From positions 1,550,001 to 1,614,000 of the forward strand of contig NC_082722.1 of the NCBI RefSeq assembly GCF_030144855.1: a stretch of DNA of 64,000 bases. Direction: 5' to 3'. This document shows, piece by piece, positions 11,020 through 24,890 of the stretch. The stretch is from Hypanus sabinus. Lineage: Eukaryota. A program made the position numbers and the translations under genes. How positions within the stretch are numbered: the stretch's first letter is position 1; each line of letters opens with the position of its first letter. Below the pieces are notes generated by a model. That model did no database searches, was not told where the DNA came from, and saw nothing but the letters and a program-made list of their open reading frames with translations.

Positions 11020-11320
11020 TCTGGTACAAGTGATCACAGGGAGTGCGCAGTCGCGAACTGTTTCTCTCGTTGAACTGCCACAGGGTGTGTTGCGTCAGTC
11101 TTTCCGCGAAAGTAGTGCAACTTCTGATCAATATGTGGTGAGATTTACGTTCATTTGCGCTTATGCGAACAGCAGCGCCATCATCTTCGAAACCGATTAT
11201 GTTTTTAGATTTTAGTGCAATTTCACTGGCTTAATTAACTCGCCGCTGCCTGCAACCTCACCTCACCGTCTCCTCACTCATTCCTACGTGTCCACTCACG
11301 TTGTCACATCACTTCGCCCC
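11020..11320 (-). promoter_or_regulatory. Putative proximal promoter/5' UTR of the IgSF gene
   Basis: CpG-rich, TE-free stretch directly upstream of the ATG. GAS-consensus TTCCGCGAA 11102-11110, CRE/AP-1-like TGACGCA 11091-11097 (minus strand), RUNX TGTGGT 11134-11139. Confidence 0.45.
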
Positions 11321-11559
11321 GCCGCCAGACACTCTTTTAACATCAACTTAACCTACCCTTCTTCGACTCACTGTCTGTTTCCTCGAGAAACTTCCACCCT
11401 TGCCACACTTGCATCCGACAACAAAACGAACTATGGCGAAGACACCAAAGCTCTAATAGCTTTTGGCAACTTCCATGCCCTTTGTACATTATTCTCTTGA
11501 TTTCTCCGACAGGATGGCAAAATTGCCTGAGGCAGAGGAAGTTGTTGTTCACAGTGTCC

Positions 11560-12094
11560 AAGATATCTGTACCATGGAGGGAATTCTGACAGGCTGCATC
11601 ACTGTTTGGTATGGCGGGGGGGGCGGGGGGGGGTACTATACAGGACAGAAAGTAGCTGCAGAGGGTTGTAAATCTAGTCAGCTCCATCTTGGGACTAGCC
11701 TACAAAGTACCCAGGACACCTTCAGGGAGTGGTGTCTCAGAAAGGCAGTGTCCATCATTAAGGACCTCCAGCACCCAGGGAAAGCCCTTTTCTCACTGTT
11801 AGGTAGGAGGTTCAGAAGCCTGAAGGCACAGACTCAGCGATTCAGAAACAGCTTCTTCCCCTCTACTATCCGATTCCTAAATGGACATTGAAACTTTGGA
11901 CACAACCTCACTTTTTAAATATTCAGCATTTCTGTTTTTGTACATATTGAAAAATCTATGCAATATACATAAATGATCAACTTGTTTATTTATTTTTTTT
12001 CTCTTTCTCTGCTAGATTATGTATTGTATTGAACTGCTGCAGCTAAGTTAACAGATTTCATGTCACGTGCCGGTGATAATAAACCTGATTCTGA
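11560..12094 (+). mobile_element. Rex1/Babar-type LINE 3' end
   Basis: EGILTGCITVWYG...KAVSIIKDLQHPG...FRNSFFPSTIRFLN, followed by the 3' UTR ending gataataaacctgattctga. Confidence 0.8.
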
Positions 12095-12099
12095 ACCTT

Positions 12100-14010
12100 G
12101 CATTATCAGTATGGAAAGAAGAAGTACTGGAAGACTAGAGGGTTACAAACGTTGTTCATCTTCTTCAAGAAAGGGAATTGAGATAACTCAGGAGATTACA
12201 GACCAGTGAGTTTTACTTCAACAGTGGGCAAGTTGTGAAGACGATCCTGAGAGGCAAGATTTATGGACATTTGGAGAGACATAATCTGATTAGAGATAGT
12301 CAGCGGCAGTCCATGCTGTATGAGCCTGATTGAATTATTTGAGGATGTAACAACACATTAGATGAAGGTAGAACAATGGATGTAGTGCATATGGATTTGA
12401 GAAAGGTATTTAATAGAAACATAGAAGCATAGAAAACCTACAGAACAATACAGGCCCTTCGGCCCACAAAGTTGTGCCGAACATGTCCTTACCTTAGAAA
12501 CTAATAGTGTATTAGTAAAACTCTATTTTACTAAACTCCATGTACCTATCCAAAAGCCTCTTAAAAGACCATATCATATCCGCCTCCAACACCATTACTG
12601 GCAGCCCATTCCATGCGCTCACCACTCTCTGCATAGAAAAACTTGCACCTCCTCTGTACCTACCTACTCCCAAGCACCTTAAACCTGTGCCCTCTTGTGG
12701 CAACTATTTCACCCCTGGGAAAAATCCTCTAACTATCTACATGATCAATGCCTCTCATCATTTTATACACCTCTATCAGGTCATCTCTCATCCTCAGTTG
12801 CTCCAAGGAGAAAAGGCTGAGTTCGCTCAACCTGCTCTGATAAGGCATGCTCCCCAATTCAGGCAACATCATTGTAAATCTCCTCTGCACCCTTTCTATG
12901 GCTTCCACATCCTTCTTGTAGTGAGGCAACCAGAATTGAGCACAGTACTCCAAGTGGGGTCTGACCAGGGTCCTATAAAGCTGCAACGTTACCTCTCAGC
13001 TCCTAAGTTCAATTACATGATTGGTGAAGGCCAATGCACCGTATGCCTTCTTATCCTCAGCTGCTCTGAGCGTCCTATGGACTCGGACCTCAAGATCCCT
13101 CTCATCTTCCATACTGCCAAGAGTCTTACCATTAATACTATCTTCTGCCATCATATTTGACCTATTAAAATGAACCACCTCACACTTATCTGGGTTGAAC
13201 TTCATCTGCCGCTTTTCAGCCTAGATTTGCATCCTATCAATGTCCAGTTGTAACCTCTGATAGCCCACCACACTATCCACAACAACCCCAATCTTTGTGT
13301 CATCACCAAACTTATTAACCCATTAACCTATCCTTCCAATTTCTCAACCAGGTCATTTACAAAAATCACGAAGAGTAAGGGTCCCAGAACAGATCCCTGA
13401 GGCACACCACTGGTCACTGACCTCTATGCAGAATATGAACCATCTACAACCACTCTTAGCCTTCTGTAGGCAAGCCAGTTCTGGATCCACAAAGCAATGT
13501 CCCCTTGGATCCCATGCCTCCTTACTTTCTCAATAAGCCTTACATGGGGTACCTTATTAAATGCCTTGCTGAAATCCATGTACACTACCATATTCACTAC
13601 TCCACCTTCATCAGCGTGTTTAGGTACATCCTCAAAAAATTCAATCAGGCTCCTTAGCCATGACCTGCCCTTGAGAAAGCCATGCTGACTACTCCTAATC
13701 ATATTATACCTTTCAAAATGTTCATAAATCCTGCCGCTCAGGATCAAATCCATCAACTTACCGACCACTGAAGTAAGATAAGTTTCCCCATGTAAGGCTC
13801 ATTCAGAAAGTAATGTGGCATGAGACCCCCAGGCAAACTTGCTTTATGGATCCAGCATTGGCTTGCCCATAGGAAGAAAAGGGTGGTTGTAGATGGTTTG
13901 CATTCTGCATGGAGGTCGGAGATCAGTGGTGTTCCGTGGGCATTTCTTCTGGGACTCTCCTCTTTGTGATTTTTACATGGTCGGCACAACCGGTGGGCCG
14001 AAGGGCCTGT
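12100..14010. mobile_element. CR1 fragments (plus 12100-12420; minus 12420-13780 with (CTATGTT)n-type tail; plus 13780-14010)
   Basis: ORFs 12729..12986 and 13424..13768 contain QLYRTLVRPHLEYC, SQHGF and YMDFSKAF. Confidence 0.85.
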
Positions 14011-14019
14011 AATCGATTT

Positions 14020-17000
14020 CTATGTTCCGTATATTATCTCTGACCAATACAAATGTGAGAAGTGCATCCAGCTGCAGCATCTAACAAACCGCGTTATGGA
14101 GTTGAAGCTGAAACTGGATGAACTCCTCATCATCCGGAAGGCTGAAGAGGTGATAGGTAGGACATATAAAGAGGTAGTTACACACAAGATACAGGACACA
14201 GGATACTGGATGACAGTCATAAAGGGAAAAGGAGCTAGTGCAGATGACCCTTGTAGCCATCCACCTCAATACCTCAATACCTTGGATACTTTTGGGAAGG
14301 GGCATAATGACCCAACAGGCAAGTCACAGTGGTCAGGTCTCAGGCACTGAGTGTGTATCTGTGACTCATATGGGAAGGAGGAAGAAGAGATGTGCTCTGG
14401 TGATAGGGGCATCATTAAGTAGGGGGAAGGACAGGAGGTTCTGTGGGTGAAATTCCTGCATGGTATGTTACCTCTCGGGTGCCAGGGTCCTGGACGTCTT
14501 GGATTGAGTCCTGTGCATTCCAAAGTGGAAGGGTGAATGGCCAGAAGTCGTCATCCATGTAGGTACCAGTGACATGCAAGGTTCTGCAGAGAGAGTTCGG
14601 GGAATGAGGCGATATGCTAACGGGCAGGACCTCTAGGGTTGTGACCCCAGGATTGTTACCGGAGTCACGTACTAGTGAGGCCAGAACTAGAAAGATTATG
14701 GAGTTTAATACATGGTTAAGGAATTGGTGCAGGAAGGCATAAGATCTTTGGATCATTGGTCTCCTTTCCGGGGAAGGTGGGACCTGTACAGATGGCACTT
14801 GAACTGGAAGAGGAATAACATGCTAGAGGGAAGGTTTGTTAATGCTGTACAGTGGGGTTTAAACCAGGATTGTAGGGGATGGGATCCAAAGTTCGAGAAC
14901 AGTTAGTGCAGAGGTTGTAGAGGCAGGTTTTAGCATACCTCAGACAAAGTTAGGGAATCAGAAGGTTGAGCACAGTGCGATAAATCGAAAAGGTTGAATA
15001 AAGGACTGAAGATGTTGTAGCTGAATGCGCACAGTACATGGAACAAAGGTAGAAAAATTGCAGCACGGTTAAAAATCGGCACGTATGATTTTGCGGGCAT
15101 CACGGAATCATAGTTGAAAGATTATAGCTGAGAGCCTAACGTCCAAGGATATACATTGTATCGAAAGGATAGGCAGGAAGGCAGAGGTGGTGCATTGCTA
15201 TGTTGCTGAACAAGAAATCAAGTCACCAGAAAGAGGTGACTTAGTGTCAGAAGGTGTTGAATTATTGTGGAAAGTGCTAGGGAACTGAAAGGATATAATG
15301 ACCCTGATGGGATTTGTATGCAGTCCACAAAACAGTAGTAAGGATGTTGCCTACAGATTTGAAGGGGAGGGAGAAAATGCATGCCAAAAGGGCAATGTTT
15401 CCATAGTCATGGTAGACTTCAATATACAGGTAGATTGGGAAAATCAAGATGTACAAACAAGTTGGATGAACTCAGCAGGTCAGGCAGCATCTGTTGAAAG
15501 GACCAGTCAACGTTTCGGGCTGGGACTCTTCGTCAGGACTAAAGAAGGAGGGGGCAGGGGCCCTATAAAGAAGGTTTTGGGAAAATCAGGTTGGTGCTTG
15601 TTTACAGGAGGGGGATATCTGGACTGCCTATGAGATGGCTTTTTAGAGCAGCTCGTGGTTGACCCCACTAGAGGATTAACTATTCTCGACTGAGTGTTAT
15701 GCAATGAGTCAAAATTGATTAGAGAGCATAAGGCAAAGGATCACTTAGAGGCAAGGGATCATAATATGACTGAATTTACCCTGAATTTTGAGAAGAAGAA
15801 GCTAAAGTCAGATGTATCATGTTACAGTGGAGTAAAAAGAATTACAGAGGCATGAGAGAGGGTTTGGCCAAAATTCATTGGAAAAGAACACTGGCAAGGA
15901 TATTGGCAGAGCAACAATGGCAAGAAATTCTGGAAGCAATTCGGCACAGGATATATGCATCCCAAAGATGAAGGAGTATTCTAAAAGAATGATGATAAAA
16001 AATGTAGCTAACAAGAGAATTCAAAGGCAACATAAACGCAAAAGAGAGGGCATACAATACAACAAAGATTAGTGGGAAGTTAGAAGATTGGCAAGCTTTT
16101 AAAAACCAAGAGAAGGCAACTAAAATGTCATTAAGAAGGTAAAGATGGAATAGGAAATTAAGCTAGCTGATTATATTGAAAAGAATGCCAAAAGTCTCTT
16201 CAGATACATGAAGTGTAAAAGAGAGGCGAGAGTGGATATCTCACTGTTGGAAAATGATGCTGGAGAGGTAGTAATCGGGACAAAGAAATAGATGTTGAGC
16301 TGCATAAGTACTTTGCCTCTGTCTTCACTGTGGAATACACTAGTAGTATGGTGGACATTCCAGTCATCGGGGGCATGATATACGCGGTTATCATAACTGC
16401 AAGAAGATTCTTGTGAAACTAAAAGTTCTGAAGGTAGATAAGTCACTTGGAACAGATGAGCACAGCCCAGAGTTCTGAAAGAGGTGGCTGAAGAGATCGT
16501 GAAGGCATTGTTAATGAACTTCCAAGAATCACTACATTCAGGAATGATTCTGGAAGAGTGGAAATTTGCAAATGTCACTGCCCTTTTCAAGAAGGGAGAG
16601 AGCCAGATGAAAGGAAGCTACAGGCCAGTTAGTCTGACCTCAGTGGTTGGGAAGATGTTGGAGTTGATTATTAAGGATGAGGTCTCAGGTTACTTGGAAG
16701 CATGTGATAAAATAGGCCATAGTCAGCATGGTTTCTTCAAGAAAAAATCCTGACTGATAAATCTGTTGGAATTCAGATAAGGCAGAAGCAGGAAAGTTGT
16801 TTCCATTGGTAGGTGAGACTAGAACTAGGGGACATTGCCTCAAGATTTAGGCAAGAAGATTTAGGACAGAGATGAGGAGAAATTGTTTTTCCCAGAAAGT
16901 GGTGAATCTGTGGAATTCTCTGCCCAGGGAAGCAGTTGCGCCTCTTCACTAAATATATTTAAGATATAGTTAGATTAATTTTTACATAGTAAGGGAATTA

Positions 17001-18310
17001 AGGGTTATGGGGAAAAGGCAGGTGGATGGAGCTGAGTTTACGGACAGATCAGCCATGATCTAATTCAATAGTGGGGTAGGCTCGATGGGCCGGATGGCCT
17101 ACTCCTGCTCCTATTTCTTATGTTGTTATGTTCATTGAAAAAGTAACAAGCAAGATTGACAAAGGAGAATAGCTTGTTGTTGTGTACGTAGATTTTCAGA
17201 AGGCATTTGAAAAGGTGCCAGACATAAGGCTGTATAACAAGATATGAGCCCATGGCATTTCTAGCATGGATAAAACAGTGGCTGATTGGCAGGAGGAAAA
17301 GAGTGTGAATCAAAGGTTCCTTTTCTGGCTGGCTGCCGGTGCCTAGTGGTGTTCCAGAGGGATCTGTTTTGGGGCCGATTCCTTTACGTTATATATCAAT
17401 GGTTTGGATAATTGAATTGATGGATTTGTTGCAATGTTTTTGTCAATATGAAGATAGCTAGCAGGGCAGGTAGTTTTGACTAAGTAGAGAGGCAACAGAA
17501 GGATTAGGGGTATGGGCAAAGAAACAGTAGATGGAATACAGTGCCGAGAAGTGCATGGTTATCCACTTTGGCATAGGAAATGAAAGGGTTAAGTATTTTC
17601 TAAATGGAGAGAAAATACAGCAAACTGAGACGCAAAGAATCCTTGTGTAGGATTCTTTAAAGTGTTTTGCAGGTAGTGCCTGTGGTGAGGAAGGCAAATG
17701 CAATGGTAGCATTCATATCAAAAGAATTAGAATATAAAAGCAAGGATGTAATGCTGAATTTCGAGAAAGCACTGGAGAGGCCTAATGTGGACTATTGTGA
17801 GCAAGTTTTGGCCTCTTGTGTTAGAAAGGATATGTTGAAACTGGAGAAGGTTCAGACAAGGTTGATGAAAATGATTTCAGGATAGAATAGCTCGTCATAT
17901 GAAGAACGTCTGATGGCTCTGGGCCTGTATTCACTACAGTTCAGAAGAATGAGGGGTGACCTCATCTAAACCTGTTGAATGGGGAAAGGCCTTGATAGAG
18001 TGGATGGGGAGAGGATCCATCCTATGGAGGGAGGCTCTAAGACCTGAGGACACAGCTTTCAAATACAGGGAAGAACGGAAATGAGGAGGAATTTCCCTAA
18101 GCAGAGTAGTGAATATGTGGAATTCTTTACCACAGATAGTTCTGATGACCAGGGTTTTTATGTATATTTAAGCCAGACATCGACAGATTCTTAATTGGTC
18201 AGGGCATGATGGAATACAAGGAAAAGGCTGAGAGGAATATTTATTCAGCTATGATGAAATGGCGGAGTCCTGATGGGCCAAATTGCCCCATTCTGCTCCT
18301 ATATTTTATG
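14020..18310 (+). mobile_element. Old near-full-length CR1 (ORF1 and ORF2 heavily degenerate) with nested insertions
   Basis: CEKCIQLQHL, esterase remnants, EN and RT motifs (YRPVSLTSVVGKMLE, SQHGF). Nested pLTR at about 15445-15600 and a CR1 3' piece at about 16776-17132. Confidence 0.85.
15445..15600 (-). mobile_element. Penelope-derived short element with hammerhead motif (15505-15540)
   Basis: Minus strand AGTC-CTGACGA-A-GAGTCCCAGCCC-GAAACGTT-GACT; stem II has one mismatch. Confidence 0.7.
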
Positions 18311-18389
18311 GTCTTAAAATGAACCCAAGCTCTAATAAAGTTTTTTTTGTATCTTCCATGTGCTTCATATATAGTTATTTTAATTTTTC

Positions 18390-20600
18390 CTACAGGGTGG
18401 CAAAACCGTCTCTAGCCCGGACATCCCCAGAACGCAATCCCCACTGCCGACCTCAACGATTCCTACAATCCCGAGTAGATTCAGAATCCGGACTCCACTG
18501 ACATCATTACGGGTTCCAACGACCTCGGAATCCTGCAAAGTGCCTATTACTCAATCTCCAGCCTGGATCTTGACCGAGAGCACCTCCAGGCTGGGACATT
18601 ACTCGCTGCCGCTGGAAGCCCAGACTCCCCTTCCCCCAACTCCACTTTGCAATCCCGTGGCTCTTAGGTTCCAATGCCAGCTCTTGTCCTCAGAGACTCC
18701 ATCTTCCGCTCACCCCACCTTCCCTAAACACCCAACCCTCCCATCTCCTCAGGCACTGCCTACTCTCTTCCCCCTCTGATGCCACTCTCATACATGCTGG
18801 GTCTTCATCATCCCTGTGACCTGCCCCTCTCTGAGAAAGAACGTTCTTTCATCAGTCAGTGCTTTAAATTTATAACTCTGCGCCCACACCCCAGTAAGTT
18901 CCGTGCCTGCCAAGCCGCCTCAGTCTCCATGGATATTTATGTGGCAAGGATCCTTTAGCCCAAACTAATGGTCCCTCCTGCCATCTTCCACCCTCCTCTG
19001 CTTCCTGGACACTCCGCTCTGATGCTCTGCCTGCTCTGGATCTCTTCATTGTTAACTGTCGACGAGACATCAACCGTCTCGACTGCACCTCTCCTCTCTC
19101 CGGTTCCAACCTCACTCCTTCCGAACTGGCTGCTCTCCAATCTTGCCACACTAATCCCAACCTCACTATCAAACTCGCAGATGAAGTCCTCTTACTTACG
19201 CCTCAGAGAGGACTCCACTATTGTCTCCTACACCATCACCCACCTTATCAACTAGGGATTTCCCATCCACTGCCAACAGCAGCATATTCTCAACCCACAG
19301 CTCCTGCTTCTACCTCCTATCCAAGCCTGCCTGTCCAGATAGACCCAATGTTTCAGCTTGTTCAACCTGAACTTATATCTGCATACTTTGACTCAATGTT
19401 ATTCCTCCCTGGTTCAATTCTTTCCTACCTACGTTCCTGGCACTTCACATGTTCTTGATCTTTTCAATGATTTCAAGTTCTCTTGGCCCCGGGCATCTTA
19501 TTTTCACTATGGATGTCCAATCCCTATATATCTCTATCCCTCATCAGGATGTCCTCAAATATCTCTGTTTCTTTCTGGACAGCAGACACAACCAGTTCCC
19601 CTCCACCACCACTCACTTCCTCCTGGCAGAACTTGTATTACTCTCAATCATTTCTCCTCGGCTCCTCCCACTTCCGTCATACAAAAAGTATAGGCATGGG
19701 CACTTGCATTGATTCCAGCTATGCCCGGCTTGTTGTCGACTATGTGGAACAGTCTATGTTCCAAGTCTACACTGGTATAACTCCCCAACTTTTTCTACTC
19801 TACATCGACGACTTCATTAGTGCTGCTTCCTGCACCCATACAAAGCTCACCAACTTCTCAACTTTGCTTCCAACTTCCACCCTGCGCTAAAAGCAGTGGT
19901 CCATCTCATTACACTTTTCTCCAAATCTGATCCATTTCCGACAGCTTTCTACTCCTTCTCAATCTCCTTGACTCTGTCTTTGGAGACAGCTTAACTACTG
20001 CTATAGTTTAATAAACCCACAGCTACCTGATCTATACTTCTTCTCAGCCTGTTACTTGTGAAAATGCTATTCTCTTCTCTCAATTCCTCCGAGTCCGCCG
20101 CATCTGCTCTCAGGATAAAGCTTTTCATTCCAGAACTAAGGAGCTATCCTCCTTCTTCAAAGAAAGGTGCTTCCATTCCTCCACCATCAATGCTGACCTC
20201 ACCTGCATCTCTTCCATTTTGCGCAAGCCTGCCCTCAATCCATCTTCCCACCATCCCACCAGGGATGAGATACCTCTTGTCCTCATCTATTATCCCACCA
20301 GCCTCCGCGTTCAGCACATAATTCTCTGCAATTTCCACCATCACCAATGGGATCCTACCACCAAACACATCCTTCCCTCCCCACCACCCGCTGCACTTTC
20401 TGCTTTCCGTAGTGATAGCTCCCTACATGACTCCCTTTTCCATTCATCCCTCTCCATTGATCCCACTCCTGGTACATATCCTTGCATGCAGAACAAGTGG
20501 TAGAAGTGGTACACCTGCCCCCTACATCACCTTAGCCTTTTACCTCATTTACCAATTGTCTTCCCACCCCTCCAGTTCTCCAGGTTTCATTTTTCACCTA
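18390..20600 (+). mobile_element. Penelope-like element, degenerate RT ORF
   Basis: Frames contain IFTMDVQSLYISIP, GMGTCIDSSYARLVVDYVEQ, YIDDFISA and RDEIPLVLIYYP. These are PLE RT motifs broken by frameshifts. Confidence 0.85.
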
Positions 20601-20619
20601 CTACCATGTATTGGCAACA

Positions 20620-23600
20620 GGAGAGTTTAAAAAGTGAGCAGATTAACGGAATGGGCGGCGGAGTAGTGGGAGACAGAGTAGGAAGGCTTTGGCTCGAGAG
20701 GATTCGGTAAGCAGAGGCTGAGGATGAGCTTGCTACCAGTGAGGTAAGGCCAGGTAAGCTCCTTTAATAATTCTAATTAACTTAGGAGTAGGTAATGGAG
20801 GCAGCAGTTAGGGCAGTCGGGTGCTCCGTTTGCAGTATGTGGGAAGTCAGAGCAAGCACAATTGTCCCTGATGACTACACCTGTAAAAGGTGCATCCAGC
20901 TGCAGCTCCTGACAAACTGAGTTAGGGACCTGGAGCTGGAGCTGGATGAACTTCGGATCATTTGTGAGGCAGAGGCAGAAACAAACAGGACTTACAGAGA
21001 GATAGTCACCCCTAAAAGTCAGGAGACAGGTAGCCTGGTGACTGTCAGGAGAGGGAAGGGGAACAGACAGAATGAGCAGAGCACACCTGCGGACGTCACC
21101 ATAAGTATACTGTTTTGGATACTGTTGGTGGGGATGACCTACCAGGGACAAGTTGCAGTGGTTGCATCTCTGGCACCGAGACTGGACTCTCAGCTCAGAA
21201 GGGAAGGAGGGAAAAGAGGAGAGCAGTAGTGATGAGGGATTTGAGAGTTAGAGGGACAGGTAAGAGGTTCTGTGGAAGTGATCGAGAATCCCTGATGGTC
21301 TGTTGCCTCCCTGGTACCAGGGTCCGCGATATCTCGGATCAAGTTCTCAGTATTCTCCAGAGGGAGGGTGAGCAGCCAGATGTCGTGGTCCATGCAGGGA
21401 CCAATGACGTGGATAGGAAGAAGGAGGAGGTCCTGCAAAGAGAATTTAGGGAGTTAGGTGCAAAGTTGAAGGACAGGACCTCCAGAGTTACAAACACAGG
21501 ATTGCTGACCATGCCACACGCTAGTGAGGCTAGAAATAGGAAGATAATTCAACTAAATATGTGGCTAAGCAATTGGTGCAGGAGGGAGGACTTCATGTTT
21601 CTGGACAACTGGGCCTTGTTCCAAGGAAGGTGGAACCTGTTCCGATTGGAAGGGTTGCACCTGAACTGGAGGGGGACTAACATCCTTGCAGGAAGGTTTG
21701 CTAGTGCTGCTCAGAGGGGCTTAAACTAGATTTGCAGTGGGAGGGGAACCAGAGTGTAAGAGCAGATAGTGAGGTGGAGGAGGATAAAGGCCATGTGAGA
21801 ATTGCAAGTATAGTGCATGGAGTAAAGCCAGATCTAAGAAATAAAGAGGCTTTGAAGAAAGAGAAACAGAATAAAGGGTGTAAAGGTAGTAAGGTAGAAA
21901 GGCTAAAGTGCATGTACTTCAATGCAAGAAGCATCAGGAACAATGGTGATGAACAGAGAGCTTGGATACATACATGGAATTATGATGTAGTGGCCATTAT
22001 GGAGACCTGGCTGGCACCAGGGCAGGAATGGATATTCAATATTCCTAGATTTCAGTGCTTTAAAAGGGATGGAGAGGAGGGAAAAAGGGAAGAGGGGTGG
22101 CATTACTGGTCAGGGATACTATTACAGCTACAGAAAGGGTGGGTAATGTAGCAGGATCCTCTTTTGAGTCAGTATGGGTGGAAGTCAGGAACAGGAAGGG
22201 AGCAGTTACTCTATTGGGAGTATTCTATAGGCCCCCTGGTAGCAGCAGAGATATCGTTGTGCAGATTGGGAGGCAGATTTTGGAAAGGTGATAAAATAAC
22301 AGGGTTGTTATCATGGGTGATTTTAACTTCCCTAATATTGATTGGCACCTGATTAGTTCCAGTGGTTTAGATGGGGCAGAGTTTGTTAAGTGTGTCCAGG
22401 ATGGATTTCTGTCACAGTATGTTGACATGCCGACTAGGGGGAATGCCATACTAGATCTAGTATGAGGTAACAAACTGGGTCAGGTCACAGATCTCTCAGT
22501 GGGTGAGCATCTGGGGGACAGTGACCACCGCTCCCAGGCTTTAACATTATCATGGAAAAGATAGAATCAGAGAGGACAGGAAAATTTTTAATTTGGGATG
22601 GGCAAATTATGAGGCTATGAGGCTAGAACTTGCAGGTGTGAATTGGGATGATGTTTTTTGCAGGGAAATGTACTATGGACATGCGGTTGATGTTTAGGGA
22701 TCCCTTACAGGATGTTAGGAATAAAATTGTCCTGGTGAGGAAGATAAGGAATGATAGGGTGAAGGAACCATGGGTGACAAGTGAGGTGGAGAATCTAGTC
22801 AGGTGGAAGAAGGCAGCATACGTGACGTTTAGGAAGCAAGCATCAGATGAGTCTATTGAGGAATATAGGGTAGCAAGAAAGGAGCTTAAGAAGGGGCTGA
22901 GGAGAGCAAGAAGGGGGCATGAGAAGGCCTTGGCGAGTAGGGTAAAGAAAAACCATTCTCAATTATGTGAAGAACAGAAGGTTGACAGGAGTGAAGATAG
23001 GACCGATTAGAGATAAATGTGGGAAGATCTGCCTGGAGGCTGTGGAAGTGAGCGAGATCCTCAATGAATACTTCTCTTCAGTATTCACCAATGAGAGGGA
23101 ACTTGATGATGGTAAGGACAATATGAGTGAGGTTGATGTTCTGGAGCATGTTGATATTAAGGGAGAGGAGGTGTTGGAGTTGTTAAAATACATTAGGAAG
23201 GATAAGTCTCCAGGGCCTGACGGAATATTCCCCAGGCTGCTCCAGGAGGCAAGGGAAGAGATTGCTGAGACTCTGGCTAGGATCTTTATGTCCTCGTTGT
23301 CCACGGGAATGGTACCGGAGGATTAGAGGGAGGCGAATGTTGTCCCCTTGTTTAAAAAAAGGTAGTAGGTATAGTCCGGATAATTATAGACCAGTGAGCC
23401 TTACATCTATGGTGGGAAAGCTGTTGGAAAAGATTCTTAGAGATAGAATCTATAGGCATTCAGAGAATCATGGTCTGATCAGGGACAGACAGCATGGCTT
23501 TGTGAAGGGCAGATCATTTCTATCAAGCCTGTTAAAAGGGTTCTTTGAGGAGGTGACCAGGCATATAGATGAGGGTAGTGCGTGGATGTGATCTACATGG

Positions 23601-24725
23601 ATTTTAGTAAGGCATTTGACAAGGTTCCACACGGTAGGCTTATTCAGAAAGTCAGAAGGCTTGGGTCCAGGGAAATTTGTCCAGGTGGATTCAGATTTGG
23701 CTTACCTGCAGAAAGTAGAGGGTCGTGGTGGACGAAGTACATTGGGATTGCAGGGTGGTGACTAGTGGTGTCCCACAAGGATACGTTATGGGACCTCTAC
23801 TTTTCGTGTTTTCTTATTGATGACCTGGATCTGGGGTAGAAGGGTGGGTTGGCAAGTTTGCAGATGACACAAAGGTTGGTTGGTGTTGTGGATAATATTG
23901 AGGATTATCAGAGATTGTAGCGAGATATTGATAGGATGCAGAAGTGGGCTGAGAAGTGGCGGATGAAGTTCAGCTCAGAGAAGTGTAAGGTGGTACACTT
24001 TGGAAGGACAGAGTACAAAATAAATGGTGGGATACTTGGTAGTGTGGAGGAGCAGAGGGGTCTGGGGGTACATGTCCACAGATCCCTGAAAATTGCCTCA
24101 CAGGTAGACAGGGTAGTTAAGAAAGCTTATGGGGTGTTAGCTTTCATAAGTCGAGGGATAGAGTTTAAGAGTCGCAGGGTAATGATGCAGCTCTATAAAA
24201 CTCTGGTTAGGCCACACTTGGAGTACTGTGTCCAGTTCTGGTTGCCTCACTATAGGAAGGATGTGGAAGCATTGGAAAGGGTACAGAGGAGATTTACCAG
24301 GATGCTGCCTGGTTTAGAGAGTATGCATTATGATCAGAGATTAAGGGAGCTAGGGCTTTACTGTCTGGAGAGAAGGAGGATGAGAGGAGACATGATAGAG
24401 ATACACAAGATATTATGAAGAATAAATAGAGTGGACAGCAAGTTCCTCAGGGCACCAATGCTCAGTACAAGGGGAGATGGCTTTAAAGTAAGGGGTGGAA
24501 AGTCCAAGAGGGATATTAGAGGAAGGTTTTTTACTCGGAGAGTAGTTGGTGAGTGAAATGCGCTGCCTGAGTCAGTGGTGGAGGCAGATACACTGGTGAA
24601 ATTTAAGAGAATTCTAGACAGGTATATGGAGGAATTTAAGGTGGAGCTTTATATGGGAGGTAGGGTTTAAGGGTCGACACAACATTGTGCACTAAAGAGC
24701 CTGTAATGTGCTATGTTCTATGCTA
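20620..24725 (+). mobile_element. Near-full-length degenerate CR1 (5' UTR, ORF1 about 20795-21729, ORF2 about 21900-24640)
   Basis: ORF1 CSVCSMWE and esterase GTNDV...LN*; ORF2 YFNARSIRN, DKSPGPDGIFP and LVRPHLEYC, with multiple stops. Confidence 0.9.
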
Positions 24726-24729
24726 TTTC

Positions 24730-24890
24730 TTCCTGCCCTCTCCCCACCTTCTTACTCTGACTTCTCACTTTTTTTTTCTCCAGTTCCGATGAAGGGTCTG
24801 AGTGAATGTTGACTGTTCACTCTTCACAAAGGATGCTGCCTATCCTGCTGAGTTCCTGCAGCATTTTGTGTAGTTTGCTTTGATTTCAGA
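24730..24890 (+). mobile_element. Degenerate Penelope-derived short element
   Basis: ccagttccgatgaagggtct...gttgactg...gatgctgcc...cagcattttgtgt; the hammerhead core is decayed. Confidence 0.6.
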
